From assembly GCA_963765495.1 (NCBI GenBank), contig CAVXWP010000004.1, forward strand, positions 128,001-192,000: a stretch of DNA of 64,000 nt, written 5' to 3'. The position numbers and the translations under genes are program-made. Positions within the stretch are counted from its first letter, which is position 1, and every line of letters starts with the position of its first letter. This document shows, in pieces, positions 9,814-17,913 of the stretch. The notes under the pieces were generated by a model. The model was not told where the DNA came from, did not search any database, and saw nothing but the letters and a program-made list of their open reading frames with translations. This DNA is from Blastocatellia bacterium. Lineage in GTDB: Bacteria; Acidobacteriota; Blastocatellia; UBA7656.

Positions 9814-10168
9814 CCCCCACAGTAACCGCCTCCGGCTCGAAAGAGTGCTGACATTGAGGACACGTTACAGACTCGCGACCGCCTACTCTGTTGATCTCGT
9901 TGTAGAGGTCTTGCAGGTATTGGAAGTCGGCGGCAAACAACCCTTCGATAGTCTTTGGCGTTATCGGCTGCACTCCGCCGAGCCTTGTCACCACGCGCGC
10001 CAGTATGATGATGGAAAGGTAAGCGGGATTTTTTTGCACTCGCGGGTCTTTTGCCGGCAAGATTTCATCGGCGGCAGTCGCAAGCCTCATCACTCCTTCG
10101 CGGTGAAGATTCCCGTCTTCGTCGAGATACCCCATAGGCAGTGCGAACTCGTGTTCGGTTATAAACAT
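9806..10168 (-). CDS. Phage tail assembly chaperone-like protein
   Basis: TE..F.LP.GY.D..G.LHR.G.MRLATA.DEI...DPRV..NPAYL; C-terminal CPQC; lies directly after the tube gene. Confidence 0.85.
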   Translation of the reverse strand: MFITEHEFALPMGYLDEDGNLHREGVMRLATAADEILPAKDPRVQKNPAYLSIIILARVVTRLGGVQPITPKTIEGLFAADFQYLQDLYNEINRVGGRESVTCPQCQHSFEPEAVTVGES

Positions 10169-10170
10169 CG

Positions 10171-10608
10171 CTATGCCCTCTCTATTCCTTCGTGAGCCAG
10201 TTCCAGAGTCTCGATGGCAACGTCATTGCCTTCGGCGTTGAAATCAGGCCCATCCCATTTCGACGGCCAGGCGTTTACAAAATTCCAGCGCATCTTTTCG
10301 GTGCCGTGCCGGTCAAGCAGGATGATAGAGCCGTTCTTGCGCTGTACATCGCCCAGCACCGCCTGACGGTGCCAGTCGTACAAATCGTGGTCGTCGGTCA
10401 GCCCCCACTTGAGCGTGATGTTGCTGTATTTGGTCATGCCCGGAAGCTTGCGAGGCGTAGTATTTTCTCCACCCTCGCGATGCTCGACGACATCAATAGT
10501 GGAGTCGAAACCGCTCACCTGTTGAAAGGCCGCTCGCGTGATTCCGTCAATCTCTACCAGAAAATTGTAATTGCCGTAAGGATCGTTTCGTTGTCCCGTT
10601 TGTGGCAT
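10171..10608 (-). CDS. Tail tube protein (T4 gp19-like)
   Basis: DPY..YNF.VEIDG, KLPG..KY.NITLK.G, W.F.NAWP.KW.GP, IE.LEL.HEG. Confidence 0.96.
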   Translation of the reverse strand: MPQTGQRNDPYGNYNFLVEIDGITRAAFQQVSGFDSTIDVVEHREGGENTTPRKLPGMTKYSNITLKWGLTDDHDLYDWHRQAVLGDVQRKNGSIILLDRHGTEKMRWNFVNAWPSKWDGPDFNAEGNDVAIETLELAHEGIERA

Positions 10609-10626
10609 GATCGCCTCCTTTCAAAT

Positions 10627-12606
10627 CTATCCTTCGGTCACCTCTGAATCGCCCTGCCATATTCCTATGCGCACGATTATGAACTCAGCCGGGTAAGTGG
10701 GGCGCACGCCGATCTCGATGTAGAGGCGACCAAGCGCAAGCGTTGAAGGCGGATTGAGCGCCTCGTCTATGCGCACATAAAATGCCTTGTTTGCGGTCTC
10801 GCCAAACAGCGCCCCGTCTCTCCATACGCGGGTGAGAAATTCCGTGATCGTTCGCTTCAGTTTTTGCCACAGCGCGAGGTTGTTCGGCTCGAAAACTGCC
10901 CAGTTTATGCCTTCCTGAATCGACTCTTCGAGAAAGAGGAATAGCCGTCTGATGTTGACGTATTGCCAGTTCCTGTCTGTGGCCGTGGTCCTCGCGCCCC
11001 AGACCATCGGCTGCGCCTGTTCGGGAAAGACGCGCAACACATTTATGCCCAACAGATTGAGCGGGCCTTGCTCTTCATTCGTCAGTCGCCGCTCAAGCCC
11101 GAGCGAGCCCCGGATGTTGGCGTTGGCCGGGGCCTTATGCACCCCTCGCTCGGAGTCTGTGCGGGCATAGATACCGGCCAGGTGGCCCGATGGAGGCCAC
11201 AACTCATCTTTGCCCGTCAGGGGATTGCGCGCCAGAATCCACGGGTAATAGAGCGCGGCAAAGCCTTTCTCTGATCGCACATCGCTGAACTGTTTTCTGA
11301 TGCCGTTACCCGGCGCGGAACCGATAATGGAATCCAGTATGGCAAAACGGTCCTGCATCGCCTCGCAATGCGCGATGATCGCCTGCTGCACGACCTTATC
11401 CGTGGCTCCGGGGATCGAGACAAGCGATACATCATCATATGCTTTGAGCAAATCCAGAAAGCCGTTCGGATCGACCCCTATATTGGCCCAGGCAGATGCG
11501 CGGTCGTCGCCCTGACCGCCCGCGAGATTATAAGTGCCTGCCGCCGGGCGAGGGTCGGCGGGCGCAGGTGAAGGCGGCGCGGGCGGGTCTGAAATCGTGA
11601 CGGTTTCAGAGGCAACATTTGTGGCCCAGTAACCTGGATGTTGCGGGTGCATCGAGAGTAATTCGAATGTCTCGCTTTGCCCCGTGGCCGCATCGCTGAT
11701 TATTAGATCGAATTCAAGCGAGGCGATTGTCGGCAGATCGCTCGCATCCTCAAGGCTATAAGTATGCTCCAGCGGCGCGGACAAGGTGACGGTATCGCCG
11801 CCGGATGTTTCAACCGTGCGGATTTCGCTGTCAGCGCCGAGCTTGACCTGCACCGCCGTTCCACGAGGCAGGGCTTGATTGAGCGAAATGGCCGAGGGCA
11901 CATCGACCCGGAAGACCTTTTGCCCGATGATCAGATCGGCCGTGCGGACCTTACCCCCGCCAAAGTTGACGTTCCCTTCGACGGGCGCGTTCAAGACTAT
12001 CGTGTCGGTTCCCTGCACGGCCTTCACAACGGCGGTCGCCGTATCGGATGCCTTGACAAGCATCACCCTGTCACCCGGAGCAAACCCGGCGGTGCTCGCC
12101 ACAGTAAGCTCCCGGCGGTCGGCAGAAAGCGCCGTCAATGTAGTCCCCGCTCGATGGGCCGAAAGACTTGTCTTCGCGCTTCCGGAATCGGCCAGCATCT
12201 TTGCGAGCCGGCTGCTATTGATAACCTGAACCGCTATCGAGTTGCCCGGGGGGCCTTCTTCGCGCGCTCTCGCCACAAGCGCAGGGTCTGGGGGTGAAGC
12301 CTGTCGGCTGTCGAGATCGGCAGAAGCCATCTCACCTGTGCCTGCGCGCACGACATAGCAAGCGGTTCCTCCATTGAGGAAGAAGCCATAGACGCCGGGC
12401 GCGAGATAACTGGCAGGCGTTTCGGCTATGAACCCGCCAAATGTGCCAACGAAGGCGTCCCAGCTCTGGATGAGAGTAGGTGTGCCTATCGGCCCTTTCG
12501 CAGCGGTGCCGATAAAGGCCGCCGTGCTTGTGCCTACGCCCTGAATCGGCGCGCCGGGAGCGAATTCTTCTATGTAAACGCCCGGAAAGGAAACCTGTAC
12601 TGCCAT
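10627..12606 (-). CDS. Contractile tail sheath protein
   Basis: PGVYIEE, PPSGH.AG.YAR.D..RGVHKAPAN, WGART, YVN.RRLF, WAVFEPN and PAEFI motifs. Confidence 0.97.
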   Translation of the reverse strand: MAVQVSFPGVYIEEFAPGAPIQGVGTSTAAFIGTAAKGPIGTPTLIQSWDAFVGTFGGFIAETPASYLAPGVYGFFLNGGTACYVVRAGTGEMASADLDSRQASPPDPALVARAREEGPPGNSIAVQVINSSRLAKMLADSGSAKTSLSAHRAGTTLTALSADRRELTVASTAGFAPGDRVMLVKASDTATAVVKAVQGTDTIVLNAPVEGNVNFGGGKVRTADLIIGQKVFRVDVPSAISLNQALPRGTAVQVKLGADSEIRTVETSGGDTVTLSAPLEHTYSLEDASDLPTIASLEFDLIISDAATGQSETFELLSMHPQHPGYWATNVASETVTISDPPAPPSPAPADPRPAAGTYNLAGGQGDDRASAWANIGVDPNGFLDLLKAYDDVSLVSIPGATDKVVQQAIIAHCEAMQDRFAILDSIIGSAPGNGIRKQFSDVRSEKGFAALYYPWILARNPLTGKDELWPPSGHLAGIYARTDSERGVHKAPANANIRGSLGLERRLTNEEQGPLNLLGINVLRVFPEQAQPMVWGARTTATDRNWQYVNIRRLFLFLEESIQEGINWAVFEPNNLALWQKLKRTITEFLTRVWRDGALFGETANKAFYVRIDEALNPPSTLALGRLYIEIGVRPTYPAEFIIVRIGIWQGDSEVTEG

Positions 12607-12666
12607 GACGATTCCTCCTGTTGATTTGGTATGGCATCGCGGTCGCCCGTGCGGCTCGATGCCGGT

Positions 12667-13608
12667 CTATTCAAACCGCAGATCATACTCGCCGCTTGGC
12701 GAGGGCACTTCTATCAATCGCGGCGGCGGCTCCTGAAACGCGCCCGCTCGCCAGCGCAGGCTATACTGGCCTGCCCGCAGCTTGTTGAATGTGTACTGGC
12801 CGAGCGCGTTTGTTTCGGTCGTCTGCAACGGCTTGCCGGTTGTAGTCTCAAGTTGAACCCACGCGCCCTGTACGGGCACGGGATCGGGGCCTGTGGCATC
12901 GAGTACGTGCCCGCCTATTTGAATCCACACTTCAGCCGTTTCGGGCAATCCGCTCTGGCGATACTCGGTTATGCGCGTAGTCACCATCGGTCCGCTGATC
13001 TCTGCCGGGGATGCGACAGGCAGAGTCACAATCAGGTAAATAGCCGGTTTCCACGGGTGTGACGACCCCATCGTATTCCAAAACTCCGCCAACTTTGGAA
13101 AACCTTCGACCGGCAGAACTTCTGCGGGCAATTCTTCATCGGCGATGAGATCGGGGAAACCCTGTGGAAGCGGGTCGGGCTCATATATCAACCGTGGCAC
13201 AAGCGAGTCATGGTGCATAAGCACACGCGTTGTTTCATAAAGCAGGGCATGTTCATCGAGCGTCGGTTCGATTTGCGGAGCAATGTCGGCGGGGCTCCAC
13301 GCCGTTATCAAATAATGACAATCAATGCGTTGCGGAGCGGGGGTCTCGATTACCACTCCGTTATTTATCTCGCGGGTCCGTTGGTTGGAGCGCAACTTTC
13401 GATTTTCTCTCAGATCAAACAGATAGGCGTTTAGCGCCATAGCGGGGAACCCGTTCACGGTCAGGCCAGCGACATATTGACGCCAGCCCTCATTGGGCGG
13501 TTGAAAGCGCACCTGGTCGTCAATCACATCCTGATTAGGAGCAGGCCGCAGCGATTGAACCTGTGACATGAACAGATGTCGCAATAGATTGTCGAGATGA
13601 TTGAGCAT
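12667..13608 (-). CDS. DUF4255/Pvc16-like cap/terminator protein with C-terminal carboxypeptidase-regulatory-like domain
   Basis: N.YL.DLRENR.LRSN, R.DCHYLITAW, W......KP...L.VT.P; C-terminal G.V.D.....V.GA.V...T...G.Y.F..L..G.Y.L. Confidence 0.88.
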   Translation of the reverse strand: MLNHLDNLLRHLFMSQVQSLRPAPNQDVIDDQVRFQPPNEGWRQYVAGLTVNGFPAMALNAYLFDLRENRKLRSNQRTREINNGVVIETPAPQRIDCHYLITAWSPADIAPQIEPTLDEHALLYETTRVLMHHDSLVPRLIYEPDPLPQGFPDLIADEELPAEVLPVEGFPKLAEFWNTMGSSHPWKPAIYLIVTLPVASPAEISGPMVTTRITEYRQSGLPETAEVWIQIGGHVLDATGPDPVPVQGAWVQLETTTGKPLQTTETNALGQYTFNKLRAGQYSLRWRAGAFQEPPPRLIEVPSPSGEYDLRFE

Positions 13609-13683
13609 ATACAAGACTCATCTGCCACACCTTTTTGAGTTCGACTCATCTGGATGCAGAATCGGGTGTGGGTTTCAGCCGGT

Positions 13684-14166
13684 TTATCCGGTGCGCCCGG
13701 TCTCGTAAATCAAGTGTCCAAGCTCCATCTCCTTAGCCAGATAATCAGAAAGCTGTTGCGCCTTTTCCTCTGACGGCGCATCCAGACCCAGCAGTTCTTT
13801 GGAATGCCATTCCCACAGACATCCCATCTCTTCCATCTTATTCATCACTTCATCAGGCGAACCGGGATGAGTCGTCTCTTTGAACCATACCCGGAAACTG
13901 TAGTGACCCGATTTCCAAACAATCTGCCGGATCAGGTATTGAGGCTCTCCCTCTGTAGTGGTTTCTACGTGATCGCCAAGGTCAAGGTCATAGATAAAAA
14001 ATGGTATGCAGCATATCTCGAAAAGGTTTCCGTTAAGCTTTCTGGCCCAGAGTTGTTCGAAGCGCCCTCCGGGCACGTCATCTTCAAGCCGGGCCATGAT
14101 GATGAAGTCGGCCCGATCACGCCAGACAGGATTCAGGTGAACAGCTATGTTCTCTTCATTAATCAT
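13684..14166 (-). CDS. DUF4265 domain protein, candidate immunity protein
   Basis: EQLWA......F.I..IPFF.Y.L.LGD.V and SGH..FRV motifs; starts 3 nt after the HNH toxin stop. Confidence 0.75.
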   Translation of the reverse strand: MINEENIAVHLNPVWRDRADFIIMARLEDDVPGGRFEQLWARKLNGNLFEICCIPFFIYDLDLGDHVETTTEGEPQYLIRQIVWKSGHYSFRVWFKETTHPGSPDEVMNKMEEMGCLWEWHSKELLGLDAPSEEKAQQLSDYLAKEMELGHLIYETGRTG

Positions 14167-14169
14167 TTA

Positions 14170-17100
14170 TCAAGGCTTCTTTCCAGCCAGACTTCGCAGC
14201 CAGTCCGGCCAGTGAAGAGGCGGCCACTGACCCGTATAACCGGCCGGTGGTGTCTTCGGATAAAAATCGTCCTGCTTTGAAGTATTGCAATGGTTGCAGG
14301 TAAGCTGCGCGTTTTGAATTGTCGCATCTCCGCCCTTTTCCCTCGGATACGCATGATCGACATCTGTAGCCGTTCCCGGACGAGCGCAATAGACGCAGGT
14401 CTTTGTGGGGTCCGCAGCAAAGGCCTGATCCTTTACCCTGTCTGAAAATTTCTGTTTGGCAGTCGGCCCGCCATGCGTTCCGGGTTTTATCGTGGGCCCC
14501 TTGATCTGCGCGACATTTATATGCAGATTGCGCAAATCCCCCTCATGCTGGTTCAGCTCATCTTGCAACCTGTCACGGTCGGCTGTTGCCTTTTGATATT
14601 CGTCTATGAGTGCTTTCTTCTTGTCCCCCCTGGCATTCCGTATCTGCCCCGACAGGGAGCCGACCTTTCCCTGAGCTTTGCCCAGTTTGGTTTTCTTGGA
14701 ATTTATTTCCGCCTTCTTCTGCTCAATCTTCTGATCGAGAGCCGCCAGTTTCTCATCGTGAGTCGGGCTCTTTGCCGGGGCGGCGGCGGGATGCGTTCCC
14801 TGCGCATGTGTACCGCCAGTCTGTTTAGCCGGGGAACCCTGCGCGGCGGGCGGGGCCGGTTTTGACGCAGCGCCGGAAGGCTTTCCTTGAGCTGCATGCG
14901 CGGGATGAGAAATCGGCGGCGCGCTGACCCCTTGAGCCGCAGAGGATGGTTTGCCAGGGCTTGCCGAAGCCGTTACAGGTTGCGTGGCAGGCGCGCCTGC
15001 CGGAGGGGCCGGATGGTAAACAGTCGGGCCGTGTGTTCCCGTCGCTGCCTGCTGAGATGCCTGGTTCTGCTGTCGCTGGGCCTCCAGGGCTGCCTCGGCT
15101 TCGGCTGCCTGTCTTTTTTGTCGGTACTCCAACCCGCGCTCGATCGGCGTTGCGGTTTTCTGCGCCGGTGCCGGTTTATCAGGGTGAACATCAGACGTAT
15201 GAAGAGGCGCTTTTTGGGGAGGCGCTGCGGCTGGCTTACCCGACATAGTATCGGCAGCCCCCTGTCTTTTTTGCCTATACTCCAACCCGCGTCCAATCGG
15301 TGTTGGAGGGGGAGGCGCAGCCGCCGGAGGCTGATTCACAGGCGCAGCGGCCGAGGACTGATTCACAGGCGCAGCGGTCGGTTTATCAGGATGAATATCG
15401 GCAGTCGGATGAACGGCATTTGCAGGCTGCGCGCCACTGGATGATGCGCGCCGATCACTCAATTTCGTTACCGGCTTTTGGGTCTTCAACTGCGGCCCCC
15501 TGCGACCCTTCGCATCACCTATGGAATGAACTGTTCCTCCCTTTGAAGCCGGCGCACCCTGTTGATTGGCTGCCGGGAGGTGGTCAGGAGCATTTGTTGA
15601 AGGGGCTGGCGCAATGTGCGTGCCAGAGGTCACAGAAGTCCCGCCTATCGCTCCGGCATCTGCCGGAGCAGGTTTTGCGGTACCAGCCCCCGTGTGCTCG
15701 CCCGATTGCAGCCCGGTGTCGGCAGGGGGCCTTGCAGGGGGCGAAGAAGGCGGCAGATCGGTATCAACCTTACCTTTAGCAGCCGGATCGGAAGCGTGCA
15801 TCTCCGTATCAACTTTACCTTTAGAAGCCGGGCCGGATTTGGGCTTTCCGGGTTGAGCAGAGGTGTGTCCGACCGGAGGGCCAGCTTTGGGTCCAAATGC
15901 CTTCTTCCCGGCGCTTATCCCCTTAGAAATGAGTTTGTCAATCAACTCGCTGGCAATTCTTTTGGCGATGGCTTGCGAAGCAAGATCAATCTCATCCGGG
16001 GTGCGGGCGTAAAGCGCTATATTTCCCGTCTTTCCAACCCATTCGGCAAGCTCCATGTATCTGGCTATTTGCATCGTCCCTTGAATGAGTTGACCAACAC
16101 CCGGAAGGCGTTTCCCGATCAGTTCTATTCCCTCCGAAATAAGTTGATTCAAGACCTCGCGCCCGATATTTTTCAGTCTGTCATCAAGGTCGGTTGCAAA
16201 AGCCCACGGCAGATATTTCACCGCATTGCGAACTGCGGTAACCAGATTCTCGTAATTTCGCTCAGGCTCGCCCTTCTGCTTGAGCGATTGTGAGATGATA
16301 AAGGCCACTCCTCCTTTAGCGCCCGCCGCCGAGGACAACTGCTCTTTCGCGGGCACGTATCCCGTTAATACCTTTGTTATATTTACTTCCCCTTCCCCGG
16401 CCTCGACTCCATTATCAACCCGGACGGCAGCATACATGCGTTGAGCGGTACTTGAGGACGCACTGCCGATCAGGCTGCCTCCGACAAAATAGGTGCCGGG
16501 CTTCATCGTCACAGTGCCTACATTAAGTGTTGATCCTGAAAAGTAGCCGGATCTATCGAGAAGATAAACTCGATTGCTCGTGACATAGTAAACCTGCTGT
16601 GTAGCGTCAAAGAGCGTCAGTTCGTCTTCGGCTACGGGCCAGGGTTTGGCGTCGTAGCGTTTCCCGAGCGCCTCGATTGCCTTCCCAACCGTCACCGCTT
16701 TCAACCGCGCCAGCCCGCCTTTGATCTCGCCTTTGCCTCCCTCTGAGATACCGAGTCTCTCGGCCTGCGTCTGCGGTTGAGCCTGGACATCAGTAGCGAT
16801 GGCCATGCCGGATGATTTTTGCTGAGCGGCCTTCTCCGGCGGAGGCTTCTTATCATCCTTCTTCTTATTGGCCTCCTCTTTTTTCGCGGCGATATGTTTC
16901 AGCAGTGCGCGTGATGTTTCCGGGTCCAGAACGCCGTCGACCTTTCTGCCGGTTGCCTTCATCATGTCTGTCTGAAATTCGGCAATCGCATCAATAAACG
17001 GTTTGGCGCTTTCAATCGCTTTATTATCATCTATAACTTTTATGTCGATTTTTTTATCGTCGCCGGTTTCTTTATATGTCTGGTTGGATTTCGTATCCTC

Positions 17101-17829
17101 CCATAATTTCCGCAGCTTTTCATCATAAGGCCAGCCCGGAGGGACCATTTTTCTGAAATGTGTTTCAAATGCTCTATTAGCCGTGAAGGCCGTCTTATAA
17201 AAATTCGGACTTCTTGTCGGCTTCTCCTTCAATGCCAGCCCCGGCGCGCTGTTTCCTGAAACCTGAACAACCCCGCTGCTCGATCTGACTCCATCGGCGG
17301 CTCTGTCGGCGCTTTGCTCGATTGAACTTGTGGCAGGCATTGCCCGATGGTTTGCGCCTCCCCTGGATTGCTGAACAACGTGCGCCAGTTCATGCGCCAG
17401 CAGATGCCTTCCGCTGTCGGTCTCAGGAAGGTACTGCCCGGGGCCAAAAACAACGTCATTGCCTATCGTATATGCATAGGCGTTTATAGCCTCGGCAGAT
17501 CTTTCTGCTTTATGACCCGTGTGGATGCGCACTCGGCTAAAGTCCTGATCAAAGCGTGACTCCATATAACTTTGAGTCCTCGAGTCAATCGGCTGCCCGG
17601 TGCTGTTCAAACCATTCAGGGCAAGGGGTAATAGCAGACGCGAACGGGCCGTTTCGCCAGAAGCGCCAGGAGCAACGAGGTCTGCAAACGCTCGATTGCT
17701 CAGAGCCAGTTGCTCGGCTTGAATGTTCGTATGCGCAACAGACCGAGATTGTGGCGGCCCCGCCGCACGGTGTTTACTTTTCTCTCCGGCGGCTTCCGCT
17801 TTCGAGGATTTTGATGATTGCCCAGACAT
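14170..17829 (-). CDS. DUF4157 (eCIS core) protein with PG-binding-like motif, Pro/Ala linker, coiled coil and C-terminal HNH endonuclease; candidate eCIS toxin
   Basis: G.P......MESRF..DFS.VRIH..A.AYT.G..V.F..G.Y...LLAHELAHVVQQ; C-terminal CVYC..DVDH..P...GG.....N.Q..CNHCN..K. Confidence 0.9.
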   Translation of the reverse strand: MSGQSSKSSKAEAAGEKSKHRAAGPPQSRSVAHTNIQAEQLALSNRAFADLVAPGASGETARSRLLLPLALNGLNSTGQPIDSRTQSYMESRFDQDFSRVRIHTGHKAERSAEAINAYAYTIGNDVVFGPGQYLPETDSGRHLLAHELAHVVQQSRGGANHRAMPATSSIEQSADRAADGVRSSSGVVQVSGNSAPGLALKEKPTRSPNFYKTAFTANRAFETHFRKMVPPGWPYDEKLRKLWEDTKSNQTYKETGDDKKIDIKVIDDNKAIESAKPFIDAIAEFQTDMMKATGRKVDGVLDPETSRALLKHIAAKKEEANKKKDDKKPPPEKAAQQKSSGMAIATDVQAQPQTQAERLGISEGGKGEIKGGLARLKAVTVGKAIEALGKRYDAKPWPVAEDELTLFDATQQVYYVTSNRVYLLDRSGYFSGSTLNVGTVTMKPGTYFVGGSLIGSASSSTAQRMYAAVRVDNGVEAGEGEVNITKVLTGYVPAKEQLSSAAGAKGGVAFIISQSLKQKGEPERNYENLVTAVRNAVKYLPWAFATDLDDRLKNIGREVLNQLISEGIELIGKRLPGVGQLIQGTMQIARYMELAEWVGKTGNIALYARTPDEIDLASQAIAKRIASELIDKLISKGISAGKKAFGPKAGPPVGHTSAQPGKPKSGPASKGKVDTEMHASDPAAKGKVDTDLPPSSPPARPPADTGLQSGEHTGAGTAKPAPADAGAIGGTSVTSGTHIAPAPSTNAPDHLPAANQQGAPASKGGTVHSIGDAKGRRGPQLKTQKPVTKLSDRRASSSGAQPANAVHPTADIHPDKPTAAPVNQSSAAAPVNQPPAAAPPPPTPIGRGLEYRQKRQGAADTMSGKPAAAPPQKAPLHTSDVHPDKPAPAQKTATPIERGLEYRQKRQAAEAEAALEAQRQQNQASQQAATGTHGPTVYHPAPPAGAPATQPVTASASPGKPSSAAQGVSAPPISHPAHAAQGKPSGAASKPAPPAAQGSPAKQTGGTHAQGTHPAAAPAKSPTHDEKLAALDQKIEQKKAEINSKKTKLGKAQGKVGSLSGQIRNARGDKKKALIDEYQKATADRDRLQDELNQHEGDLRNLHINVAQIKGPTIKPGTHGGPTAKQKFSDRVKDQAFAADPTKTCVYCARPGTATDVDHAYPREKGGDATIQNAQLTCNHCNTSKQDDFYPKTPPAGYTGQWPPLHWPDWLRSLAGKKP

Positions 17830-17859
17830 ATTTATCTGCTTGGAGGCTGCGCTCCTCTT

Positions 17860-17913
17860 CCCGTATTCAGGCTCCCGTATTCAGGCTCCCGTATTCAGGC
17901 TCCCGTATTCAGG
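17860..17913. repeat. 14-bp tandem repeat (CCCGTATTCAGGCT, ~3.9 copies) overlapping the ATPase stop codon
   Basis: Directly visible in the sequence. Confidence 0.9.

Noticed and set aside
1-13608. Prophage or T6SS interpretation of the tail genes
   Set aside because: No capsid, portal, terminase, integrase or TssJLM/ClpV genes in view; the Pvc15-like ATPase, DUF4255 and DUF4157 point to an eCIS
13615-13652. 10-bp direct repeat GACTCATCTG after the immunity gene as a cassette-exchange scar
   Set aside because: Too short, and no matching copy was seen at the other end of the toxin cassette
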